A stretch of DNA of 64,000 bases. Source: Dehalococcoidia bacterium (GTDB taxonomy: Bacteria > Chloroflexota > Dehalococcoidia > Plut-88900). A program made the position numbers and the translations under genes. How positions within the stretch are numbered: position 1 is the stretch's first letter; every line of letters starts with the position of its first letter. The stretch is from contig CBDBLV010000002.1 in NCBI GenBank assembly GCA_965207225.1, positions 160,001 to 224,000 on the forward strand. Reading direction: 5' to 3'. This document shows positions 1 through 8,770 of this stretch, piece after piece. The notes beneath the pieces are model-generated. The model saw only the letters and a program-made list of their open reading frames with translations, did no database searches and was not told where the DNA came from.

Positions 1-1083
1 GTTATAGCCCGCAAACTCAGGCAGTCCGAGGAAGCGACGGGTACAGGGCGCGGGCACTTCATATCCCTGAGCCGCCGTGCCGAAGGGTTTGCCCATGCCG
101 GCTCGCTGGCAATGAACGTCTCCAACCCCGAACAGGCGAGGCGGGTTGAGGATGGGCCTTATGGCGGCACGGCTTGGATGATCGGTGACGAATTGGCCGG
201 AGAAAGCATGACCGCCCCGGTCCAGTCGGACGGAGAATCCTGGGGTGCGGTCCGTCTGTCAGACCTGTCGCTGGCTCAGACAGCTTTCTCATTGGCCCAA
301 TCGAAGCTATGGCTTCCCGGCAGCCCATCGGCGTCGGACGTGAAGGTAGCCCCGTTGGACAAGATTGCCACACTGGGCATGGTTCATCGAGATATAACGG
401 GTCCCCGACCTCGCGGTCCCTTCGACAAGGTTGCCGCGACTCCGACAGCTACCTATCCGTCCCTATGGAACCACGATGCGAAGAACGAGACCAAGATGGT
501 CTGCCAGCCCGACTCCCAGCTCCGGGTCAGGTCGGGAATGGAGCAAAAGGCCGCCACTGCCTGGGCTACGGCAAGCCGCGCCCATATCAACCTTGATTTC
601 AGGTTCAACTCTCAGCCGTTGACAGCAGCGTTTACCGAGCGGGACAGCATGGGTGGCAGGGCGTGGCCCAACGTAAGGTTTCCAGGCAGCCGGTTCGATT
701 ACGCCTTCACGCTGTGGTCCAACTCCACGCTCGGGCTGCTGCTGTATTGGTGGCACTCAAACAGGCAGCACAGCGGTCGAGGCACCACTACTATCAGAAA
801 CGTTGAATCACTGCCTGTCCTTGACCTACGCGCCCTCAGCGAGGAGCAGTTGAGCACCTCTGAGGCCATTTTCAACGAACTCAAGGACTTGGAGCTGAAA
901 CCCGCCTATCTTGCCGACGCCGACCCCAACCGTGCTCTTCTGGACCGAAGAGTGGTCTGTGAGCTCTTGGGTTTCGACAAGGAGACCTACGCAGCCGTCC
1001 GTCGCTTGACCGAGAAATGGTGCGCTGAGCCATCGGTGCGTGGCGGCAAGGCACGTCCAAAGAGTGCTAAGGCAATAATCTAA
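1..1083 (+). CDS. C-terminal part of a type IIG/IIL-like restriction-modification enzyme (target-recognition region); 5' truncated by window edge
   Basis: Frame is open from base 1; motifs 'LWSNSTLGLLLYW' and 'ESLPVLDLRALS' are typical of the specificity C-termini of fused R-M methyltransferases. Confidence 0.6.
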   Translation, partial: VIARKLRQSEEATGTGRGHFISLSRRAEGFAHAGSLAMNVSNPEQARRVEDGPYGGTAWMIGDELAGESMTAPVQSDGESWGAVRLSDLSLAQTAFSLAQSKLWLPGSPSASDVKVAPLDKIATLGMVHRDITGPRPRGPFDKVAATPTATYPSLWNHDAKNETKMVCQPDSQLRVRSGMEQKAATAWATASRAHINLDFRFNSQPLTAAFTERDSMGGRAWPNVRFPGSRFDYAFTLWSNSTLGLLLYWWHSNRQHSGRGTTTIRNVESLPVLDLRALSEEQLSTSEAIFNELKDLELKPAYLADADPNRALLDRRVVCELLGFDKETYAAVRRLTEKWCAEPSVRGGKARPKSAKAII

Positions 1084-1111
1084 AGTACAGCACGACATCG
1101 GAGATGGCACT

Positions 1112-2545
1112 ATGCCTAGATTGTATGGCAGTGCATTTGAAGATGAACATCCAGGCACTTTGACGCTAAGGCACGAGTCGTCTGACCGGGTCGACGTCTT
1201 CTATACGCCTTCACAGGAACGCGTCCAACTCTCTGGTATAGGGGAAAACGATACCGAGACGTACCGCTTAAGACTGCTCCAGATTGATGGGCGAAAGAAA
1301 TCCCTGACTGTATTTCCAATCAGGACTACCGGTAGACAAGATGTATTTATGAAGCCCAAGTATCCCCAGGTGGAGCGAATCACTGTTGAGGACCAACGCA
1401 ATCTCGACATCGATTTCGAAAGGAGTCCACTTCGCACACAAGAAGATGTCATGATGCTGTTGGAACAACTGCCGTCGTGCTTCGTAAAAGACTTTGATTG
1501 GGGATTGGGACTGAGACAACCCTATCGCTTCATTGTCGATGCGGTCGAGAACCTCTCTGACTGCACTGAGATATTGATATCAGACCAATGCGAGACTGGC
1601 GTTGATCGTGCCAAGAGGCTTTTCTCCATTTCACTTTCGGACTTTAACGATATAAGAAAGACCATAAATAAGATTGCTACTCAGGGTCAGATTGAGGCGC
1701 AAACAGTCAACTACGACAACACATGGTCTTTCTTCGCGGATAAGCTCGGACTAATCCGTGCGCTAGATGTGCATAAGCCAGCCGCAGCCGTGGCAAGACG
1801 CTCAATCCTCAATGTAAGTCGTTCACCTGCACAAGAAGCCCGGGATACAGCGCTGACCATAGTAAACAGGAGTGCTGAAACCATCGCAAAGGACCAACCT
1901 GAACAACTTGCGACCCTAAAGGAGAATATAGAGCTTGCTACTCTTCAAGCACTGATCGATCGATTTGAAAGCATGACAAAATCGAAGGCCCTAGAGAATG
2001 AATGGCAGAGGTTCTTGGATGACAATCCATTTCTGCTGAGCCTAGCATTCGGTTATCCAGTGATCAAAGTTCATGGTCAGGCGTCCGTTGGTGGCCGCAA
2101 GTTGTCTGGGAGAGGCGATAAGGTTGCCGATTTTCTGGTCAAGAACAGCATGACCAACAATTGCGCCATTGTTGAACTCAAGCGGCCCAACACGAAACTT
2201 TTGAATCGCAAGGCGGCTCAGAATGGCGTTTACACTCCATCGAGTGAATTAGTGGGCGCAATCAACCAAGCTCTCGACCAGAAGTATCAATTTGACCGAC
2301 AAATAACACAGATCAAGGAGAATAGCGGCATACACGACATCAAGTCGTATTCCGTCCATTGCTGCCTTCTCATCGGTTCTATGCCGAAGGATGAAGATAG
2401 GCAAAAATCATTCGAGCTCTTTCGCGGTAATTCTAAGGATGTGGAAATCGTCACTTTTGATGAACTGCTGCAAAAGCTGAGGCAGTTCAGGGATTTCTTG
2501 AAGTCTTCGGAAGTCAACCCTAGTCCGCCCATCCAAAGCCAGTGA
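1112..2545 (+). CDS. sduA: Shedu anti-phage nuclease (DUF4263, PD-(D/E)XK) with long N-terminal domain
   Basis: C-terminal 'ENEWQRFLDDNPFLL...ADFL...IVELKRP...ELVGAINQALDQK...IVTFDELL' matches the DUF4263 signature. Confidence 0.85.
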   Translation: MPRLYGSAFEDEHPGTLTLRHESSDRVDVFYTPSQERVQLSGIGENDTETYRLRLLQIDGRKKSLTVFPIRTTGRQDVFMKPKYPQVERITVEDQRNLDIDFERSPLRTQEDVMMLLEQLPSCFVKDFDWGLGLRQPYRFIVDAVENLSDCTEILISDQCETGVDRAKRLFSISLSDFNDIRKTINKIATQGQIEAQTVNYDNTWSFFADKLGLIRALDVHKPAAAVARRSILNVSRSPAQEARDTALTIVNRSAETIAKDQPEQLATLKENIELATLQALIDRFESMTKSKALENEWQRFLDDNPFLLSLAFGYPVIKVHGQASVGGRKLSGRGDKVADFLVKNSMTNNCAIVELKRPNTKLLNRKAAQNGVYTPSSELVGAINQALDQKYQFDRQITQIKENSGIHDIKSYSVHCCLLIGSMPKDEDRQKSFELFRGNSKDVEIVTFDELLQKLRQFRDFLKSSEVNPSPPIQSQ

Positions 2546-2600
2546 CCTAGCGTCAACTGCCTGTTGCGCCCATGTGTCCCGATTCTGCTAGTCTCGATGT

Positions 2601-4313
2601 ATGCCCCCCACCGAACGACAGCTACTCGACGCCCTCAGCCGGACGCCCTTCGTCGATTCGACGGAGCTGGCACTCATTCTCGGCGAGCCCCACACGACCG
2701 TCCACCGCACCCTGGCCAACTTGATGGCCGAAGGCATCGTGGGGAGAGTGAGCCACGGCACAGCCCACCTGCCGTCGAGCCAGAGGTACCACTTGACGGC
2801 CAGCGGCGTCGGCGAAGCCGCCTGGACGCTCGGCTTCGGCACGCCTTCAGACTATGTGCGAGCCTACCCCATGTCGAGGGAGTGGCTGACGCTGCTCATC
2901 CGCAGGATTGACTCAGTGGTCGGCGTCTACCGACTCGCCGCCTCGATGTCCCCAGGCATCGAAGGACTCCGAACCCGTGTGGAGTTCCACCGCAAAGGCC
3001 GCTTCGACGCCACCATCACGCTGCATGACGGCCGTGACTTCGGCGTGGTGCGCCAGGGCCTCGCCCTGCGGCGCCGGTCCCTCTACGACCGGCTGAGGGC
3101 CATAGCGGAGTACGACTACAGTCGCCGCCCCGACGTCGTTCTCATCCTCGTCCCCAGCGTGTGGGAGGAGAGGCTGACTACGAGGTTCTGCGAGGAACGG
3201 AACGTCCGTGACTGCTACGTTGCCGTGGAGTCCAGAGACGCCCTCGAAAGACGGGACCGCCGCCTCTGGTGCACAACCTCGTGGGTGATCGGAAGCAGCT
3301 TCTTCTCGCTGGAGCAGGTCATCTCCGAAGGACGCCCCGGGAGAAGGCCCTCCACCGAGTCGCCAGAGCGCAAGCGGGCTTCCATACCCCAGCCTGAGCG
3401 GATGGCGCAGGCTGCGCCGGCCTTCGGCATCAGCCCTTCGGAGAAGCGGACGCTGGACATCATCACCGACCACCCGATGATCCCCCGTGAGCACTTGGCC
3501 TTCTGGCTCGGTGTCTCCGAGGGACGAGTCAGCCAGATGATGCGCAGCCTCGTCGATACCTGGGGCCTGGTGGAGCGCCAGGGCAAACGCGGAGACACCC
3601 GCTACACCCTGTCCACCGAGGGCATTCGCTACGTAACCCACCGGGATCGTGCCCAGCTACCCACGACGCAGGGCATCTGGAGCACGGCCCGCACCACCGA
3701 CAAACAGGGCCGCAGGCGTCACATGGGACACCGCATCGAGACGTGGGCTAGGCAAACGAGGCACACCGACGGCATCACGTGGTTCCTCTCGAAGCTGGCA
3801 GCGGAGACCAGGGCCGACCCGAACAGCGAGCTTCTGTGGTCCGTCCCCACCGCCAGGTCAGACCGTGCCTACAACTGGGGCGATTCGGCCATTGCCCCCG
3901 ACGCCTTGGGGGAGTTGGTCACTGGCGGCATCCACATACCGTTCTACTTCGAGCACGAGCTGCGAGCCCGTCACCCCAGGGGCGTCATAGCCCGCCTGCG
4001 TCCCTACGAAAGCTACTACTGGGCACCTGAGCATAAGGACGACCAGCCGCCGTTTCCCACGACGCTCTTCGTCGTTGACACCCAGGAGGTCGAGGATACC
4101 TACGTGAATACTGCCACCCAGATGAGCCGGATGTCGCTGCCCATCCTCGTGTCCTGCATCCCCGTCCTGTCACGAACTGGAATACTAGGAAAGTCATGGC
4201 GTCCACTGTGGGAATCGGAGTCTCCGAGGCTGCCCCTGTCCGGGCTGAGCGCCTTCCGGTGGGATAGTCTCTACCACCGGATGCGCCAGAGTCCTGTAGG
4301 GGGGAATAGATAG
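2601..4313 (+). CDS. Replication-relaxation (Replic_Relax)-like protein with two wHTH plus nuclease-like repeats
   Basis: Two wHTH starts (MPPTERQLLDAL../ISPSEKRTLDII..), 'HTDGITWF', 'IAPDALG...FYFEHE...ARLRPYESY'. Confidence 0.65.
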   Translation: MPPTERQLLDALSRTPFVDSTELALILGEPHTTVHRTLANLMAEGIVGRVSHGTAHLPSSQRYHLTASGVGEAAWTLGFGTPSDYVRAYPMSREWLTLLIRRIDSVVGVYRLAASMSPGIEGLRTRVEFHRKGRFDATITLHDGRDFGVVRQGLALRRRSLYDRLRAIAEYDYSRRPDVVLILVPSVWEERLTTRFCEERNVRDCYVAVESRDALERRDRRLWCTTSWVIGSSFFSLEQVISEGRPGRRPSTESPERKRASIPQPERMAQAAPAFGISPSEKRTLDIITDHPMIPREHLAFWLGVSEGRVSQMMRSLVDTWGLVERQGKRGDTRYTLSTEGIRYVTHRDRAQLPTTQGIWSTARTTDKQGRRRHMGHRIETWARQTRHTDGITWFLSKLAAETRADPNSELLWSVPTARSDRAYNWGDSAIAPDALGELVTGGIHIPFYFEHELRARHPRGVIARLRPYESYYWAPEHKDDQPPFPTTLFVVDTQEVEDTYVNTATQMSRMSLPILVSCIPVLSRTGILGKSWRPLWESESPRLPLSGLSAFRWDSLYHRMRQSPVGGNR

Positions 4314-4332
4314 CGACGATACATCGCTATCT
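4308..4332. other. Inverted repeat AGATAGCGA-N7-TCGCTATCT at the start of a ~550 bp non-coding region (possible oriT/terminator)
   Basis: Perfect 9-bp stem overlapping the stop of the relaxase-like gene. Confidence 0.35.
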
Positions 4333-4862
4333 GCCCTCTATGCTGTCTGGGGTGGACAAAAGGGAACATTTTGACCCGTCGGCGGGGTCTTGAGAGGCCG
4401 TAGACCGCCCGATTTGCCTCTGATTTAGCTACGAAACGGGCTGATTTCCCGCCTGACCGGTCAGCGACAGAAAATGCAAGTCAGTGGGAAGCCATGCTAA
4501 ACTGAATCGCCCCTTCCGAGACGGCAAAATTGCACTTTCGCACCCCTGACGTGTCAACCGGCTGGGAGGGAATTAGCTTTGGATGGACCTTCCCGGCGGG
4601 TCCGGGGTGTCGATGCGGGTGGGATTTGGGATGTCAGCGTCTGTGTTGGCCCAGTTTGGCCCATCGGTTTTGGCGGGAAACGATGGGGGGATGGGCGACA
4701 CGATTTTGGGGCGCGGGTAGAAACGGACATCCTGGGCCAACTCAGCTATGAAAACACACCGATTTCCTGGTACATCGGACAGTTCCAGTGAACACTTTGA
4801 CGAAAGGGCTGGTTCCACCGAAAAGTGGATGGAATTGCCAAAACGGGCCACCCCCGTAGAGG

Positions 4863-5333
4863 ATGGAAATGAGCGACGGACGGGCATCGAGGGACGACGA
4901 CCATCGGCCCGACCTGAAGTGGGTCGTGGAGTGGCTGGTCGCGCGGGAGGGACAGCGCAAGACTGCCGCCCTTCTGGGCGTGAACCGGAAGACGGTGGCG
5001 CTGGCCCTGCGCCGGGAGCGGCTGACGGGCAGGATGAACCTTGCCGTCCAGCGGCTCATGGCCAACCTGGACGATCCGGGGTGGGAGAAGACGACGCCGG
5101 TAGACAGGTTGGAGGCGAGGATACAGGTGGCGCTCGAAGTGGCGCACGAGCTGGCGGGGCTGGTGGAGAGTCTGACGCAGCGCGTCGCGGCCCTGGAGGC
5201 GGCACAGAGTCCCCAGTCCGACGCTGAAGGCCAGGAGCCGGCGGATGCGCCCGAGCCGGAGGGCCGGGGACTGCGCCTGTTCGACTGGGGGCGGAGGCGT
5301 CGGCCGCGGGGCGAGGAACAGAGCGATGAATGA
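4863..5333 (+). CDS. HTH DNA-binding protein with coiled coil
   Basis: 'GQRKTAALLGVNRKTV' HTH; stop overlaps the next ORF start. Confidence 0.6.
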   Translation: MEMSDGRASRDDDHRPDLKWVVEWLVAREGQRKTAALLGVNRKTVALALRRERLTGRMNLAVQRLMANLDDPGWEKTTPVDRLEARIQVALEVAHELAGLVESLTQRVAALEAAQSPQSDAEGQEPADAPEPEGRGLRLFDWGRRRRPRGEEQSDE

Positions 5334-5769
5334 GCACACCCGCTGGGTGACGAAGGCGGAGGCTGTGCGGGAGATGGAGGTTTCCGTCTCAACCCTCGAC
5401 CGGATGATTCGCCGGGGAGAGATCGAGGTCCGCAGGGAGGGGCGCCGGGTGTACGTGCGGATGGAGGGGCCGGAGCGTGTGAACGACGACGAGCTGCTGC
5501 GCCGGGCTCTCGTTCGAGAGGACGAGCTTAGGCGGAGACTGTGGGAGCTAGATAGGCGAGCATCGAAGTTGGAGAGGGAGAGGGACGAGGCCGGGGACGC
5601 CGCGACCGCCAGCCGTCAGGCGTATGCGGAGATGGAGGAGGCGTACCAGAAGGAGCGCGCCGTACACGAGAGGACGAAGGAGAGGCTCATCGCGGCCCGC
5701 GTGACCGCCTTCGTGCTGTTGGCGCTGCTGATCGGCAGCGTTCTCGTGTGGTGGTTCGTGCTGAGGTAA
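5326..5769 (+). CDS. Excisionase-like (HTH_17/MerR) protein with coiled coil and C-terminal TM helix
   Basis: 'WVTKAEAVREMEVSVSTLDRMIRRGEI'; C-terminal 'AFVLLALLIGSVLVWWFVLR'; ATG at 5326 after GAGGA. Confidence 0.65.
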   Translation: MNEHTRWVTKAEAVREMEVSVSTLDRMIRRGEIEVRREGRRVYVRMEGPERVNDDELLRRALVREDELRRRLWELDRRASKLERERDEAGDAATASRQAYAEMEEAYQKERAVHERTKERLIAARVTAFVLLALLIGSVLVWWFVLR

Positions 5770-5850
5770 GGGCGGTGCTATGACCCTTCTATGAACAGTG
5801 CTCTATGCTCAGGACCAAATGGAGACCGAGGGTAGGAAGGAGAGCGAATC

Positions 5851-6648
5851 GTGAGCCTTCTCAGAGAGTGGCGCAAATGGGACCCTGAGGACTTCCCATA
5901 CGTATTGGACATGGATGCTGATGTCCTGGAGTCCCCTAGCTGGAAGCCCTCGGTCGCCAAGCACCGAAGTTGGCGGAAAGCAACCGGAGCCCCAGACTTC
6001 TGCAAGTCAGACGACAAGCGGCTCCACTTGGGCCTCATTCCAGTCCCATTTATGGGAGACATGCTGAACGCTTCCATTTACGTGCTGATGCTGAACCCAG
6101 GGCTCGGACCTGGTGACTACTTCGAGTACAAGGTCCCTAGCTTACGGCGGGCACTTATCGCCAACCTGCGGCAGGAGCACATACCCGGAGTCATGCCATT
6201 TGTGTGCTTAGACCCTCGATTCGCTTGGCATGGAGGGTTCGGCTATTGGGACCGAAAACTCAAGGCAATAATGGAGACTCTAGCTGCATCGAAAGGTATG
6301 TCCTTGGCCGATGCACGCTCAGAGCTAGGGAGCAAGCTGGCAGTTGTCCAGCTTGTTCCATATCACAGCTCCGGATTCAATCAGAAGGCGTTACAGGAGC
6401 TACCCTCGGTGCGTCTAGCGAAGGACTTCGTTCGGCGGACAGTTGATAGACGAGTAAGAGCCCAAGAAGCAATTGTCATCGCCACGCGACAGGTCAAGGT
6501 TTGGGATCAATACCTGTCGAATGACCTTGGCGAGGAACGCGGAATAGTTCGATACACGGCTTCAGAAGCGAGAGCGGCGTCGTTGAGTCCTGATTCGAGT
6601 GGAGGTCGCGCCATTCTCCACAAACTAGGCGTCACGGACAGATACTAG
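5851..6648 (+). CDS. Putative uracil-DNA-glycosylase-superfamily protein (possible anti-phage glycosylase)
   Basis: 'IPVPFMGD...VLMLNPG' resembles UDG/MUG motif A; 'QLVPYHS' later; defence-island context. Confidence 0.45.
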   Translation: MSLLREWRKWDPEDFPYVLDMDADVLESPSWKPSVAKHRSWRKATGAPDFCKSDDKRLHLGLIPVPFMGDMLNASIYVLMLNPGLGPGDYFEYKVPSLRRALIANLRQEHIPGVMPFVCLDPRFAWHGGFGYWDRKLKAIMETLAASKGMSLADARSELGSKLAVVQLVPYHSSGFNQKALQELPSVRLAKDFVRRTVDRRVRAQEAIVIATRQVKVWDQYLSNDLGEERGIVRYTASEARAASLSPDSSGGRAILHKLGVTDRY

Positions 6649-6703
6649 CCCGTGCAACTATAGCGAAGACCCCGAGGCATGTATGTGAACCGGACGAGCA
6701 ACA

Positions 6704-7453
6704 TCAGAAGTCCACGTAATCATAAACGCAGACCAACCTCTTCCCGTCAAGTTCGAGATCGTCGGCCCGGAAATCCTTGCCGTCTCGAACCAGGAGTTTA
6801 CTGCGGGCAGCTTCCATGAAGCTCTCATAGTCTCGAAGGTTCGACAAGCCCTTTCGGTCATCGTACATTGAAGTTCTGAAGACTAGGACGTAAAACACCG
6901 AGACTTCGCCCGGTGCGGCGACCGTCCCGGCGGTTCCTGTCAACAGCTGATACCGAACATCTGCGAACCGGGAAGTGTCCGGTGAACCGTGGTCCGAAAA
7001 ATACTTCGCCAACAGCCCCTTCACCCTCTCGGGCGCGTTGGTGTTCTTCCCGGCCGCCCGTTTCTTCATGGCCGACGAGTACCTGCTCCTCACCGTACTG
7101 GCAAACGTTTCGTCTACCTTGGCTTCTACCCCTACAAACAGACTTGTCCTCGGAGTCAACTCTTCCACATGGCCGGTGATTGCAAGATCCAGGTTGCTAG
7201 GGTTGCCCGGATAGGAGTCGAACTTCGCCAGATGCTCCGGCGTGGCCTGCTCTAACTTTACGTACCGTGACAGGACGGAAGACAAGCGCGTTTCCAGATA
7301 AGCCGCGCCCTTCCGGTCCATAATGAACTCGGCAAGGGAATAGGCACTCCGCCCCTTCTTCCAATCCTTCTCCTTCGACGTCCCATCGAAGATTCGACTT
7401 CGCCACTCACTTAGGTTCGATATTCGTTGGCCGCGGGAATCTACGATTCTCAT
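6704..7453 (-). CDS. DUF6946-like PD-(D/E)XK nuclease-fold protein
   Basis: 'WKKGRSAYSLA', 'NLDL...VEAKVDETF', 'RYQLLTGTAGT'. Confidence 0.6.
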   Translation of the reverse strand: MRIVDSRGQRISNLSEWRSRIFDGTSKEKDWKKGRSAYSLAEFIMDRKGAAYLETRLSSVLSRYVKLEQATPEHLAKFDSYPGNPSNLDLAITGHVEELTPRTSLFVGVEAKVDETFASTVRSRYSSAMKKRAAGKNTNAPERVKGLLAKYFSDHGSPDTSRFADVRYQLLTGTAGTVAAPGEVSVFYVLVFRTSMYDDRKGLSNLRDYESFMEAARSKLLVRDGKDFRADDLELDGKRLVCVYDYVDF

Positions 7454-7489
7454 GCCTTACACCTCGGACTTCATTCTACCTACTGCCTC

Positions 7490-7519
7490 TTGCGTCTCAG
7501 GTATCCTGTAGCCTACAAT
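7490..7519 (+). promoter_or_regulatory. sigma70 promoter of the TA operon with palindromic operator TGTAG-C-CTACA
   Basis: -35 TTGCGT 7490, -10 TACAAT 7514; palindrome 7507-7517; ATG follows 6 nt after the -10 (leaderless). Confidence 0.55.
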
Positions 7520-7525
7520 GTGGTG

Positions 7526-7816
7526 ATGGTCGAGATTCGCCAGACCGAGGTTTACGCCCGTTGGTTCAGGCGGCTTCGGGACAGGCAGGCCAGAGTGAGA
7601 ATCGACAACCGCATCAGGCGGCTGTCCCTGGGCAACCCCGGAGACGTGAGGCCGGTGGGAGAGGGAGTGTCGGAGATTCGCATCGACTACGGACCCGGCT
7701 ACCGGGTGTACTTCTCGCAGAGCGGGGAAACCCTGGTCGTCCTTCTGGCCGGAGGCGACAAGGACAGCCAGGAGCGGGACATCCGAAGGGCGTTGGAGCT
7801 AGCCAGAGGACTCTAG
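7526..7816 (+). CDS. Type II TA toxin, RelE/HigB-like addiction module killer protein
   Basis: 'GNPGDVRPVGEGVSEIRIDYGPGYRVYF...LLAGGDKDSQ'. Confidence 0.9.
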   Translation: MVEIRQTEVYARWFRRLRDRQARVRIDNRIRRLSLGNPGDVRPVGEGVSEIRIDYGPGYRVYFSQSGETLVVLLAGGDKDSQERDIRRALELARGL

Positions 7817-7825
7817 GAGGCAGCT

Positions 7826-8134
7826 ATGGCAAAGACGCAGACGAGGCCGTGGGACCCGGCGGAGCACCTTGAAACCGAGGAGGACATGGCGGCATACCTG
7901 AATGTCGCCCTGGAAGAGGACGACCTGAGCCTCATCATGGCGACCCTCGGAGACATAGCCCGCGCCCGGAGAATGGCGCTGGTGGCGCAGGAGACGGGGC
8001 TAGGCAGGGAGAGCCTGTACAAGTCTCTGTCGGCCGACGGCAACCCGGAGTTCGCCACAGTCCTGAAGGTGGTGCGCGCCCTGGGACTCAGACTTCAGGC
8101 CGCCGCAGGGCCTGGAGCGAACGACGCCGCTTGA
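7826..8134 (+). CDS. Addiction module antidote protein (HTH antitoxin)
   Basis: 'WDPAEHLETEEDMAAYL...TGLGRESLYKSLSADGNPEFATVLKV'. Confidence 0.9.
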   Translation: MAKTQTRPWDPAEHLETEEDMAAYLNVALEEDDLSLIMATLGDIARARRMALVAQETGLGRESLYKSLSADGNPEFATVLKVVRALGLRLQAAAGPGANDAA

Positions 8135-8682
8135 GGGTGTCGCAGGACTGGACGACACGACCGAGACACAGACGAAGCCAACCAGAGAGGATCGGCATGC
8201 TTGAACCCAGAAACCAAGCTATGGGGATAGAAAGAAGAACGATGATAAACCTGGACTTTGTTAAGGAGGTGTTTGACAACTCGCCCAACAAAGCCGATGC
8301 ACCAGTTCATATGGTTACCCAAATAGTCAACTCCCTGCTGGGCTTGCTGGTCCTTCCATATGAGAGAGGTTACGCACTTCTGGAGGACGACGAAGAGTTG
8401 AAGAAACTCTATTCCCAAGGGTGGCCAAAGTGGAACATAACCAAGCGTCCGCCAATGGAACCTCGGACTTTGGGTAAGTTAGCCTGGCATCTGCGGAACG
8501 CGGCCTCACACGGCAGCTATCATTTCTCATCAGATAGTCGCGACCCGTGTCAGGTAACTATTACGGTGACGGATAAACCGATGGGGAAGAACGCACGGAT
8601 AAACTGGCGCGCAAGCATCAGAGCCGATAATCTCTACATCTTTTGCCAACGTCTCAGCGATTACATGGACCCGGCTCTCTGA
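8131..8682 (+). CDS. HEPN-family RNase (pEK499_p136-like); start uncertain (ATG 8197/8221/8242)
   Basis: 'VTQIVNSLLGLLVLPYE' and RxxxxH motif 'LRNAASHG'. Confidence 0.65.
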   Translation: MRVSQDWTTRPRHRRSQPERIGMLEPRNQAMGIERRTMINLDFVKEVFDNSPNKADAPVHMVTQIVNSLLGLLVLPYERGYALLEDDEELKKLYSQGWPKWNITKRPPMEPRTLGKLAWHLRNAASHGSYHFSSDSRDPCQVTITVTDKPMGKNARINWRASIRADNLYIFCQRLSDYMDPAL

Positions 8683-8770
8683 TGCGAGAATGAAGGTTAG
8701 ATCAGAATGTGGCAGTTTCCCAGGACTCACAGGAAACGACGCCACAACTAGGAGACTCAAGGAGGACAGC

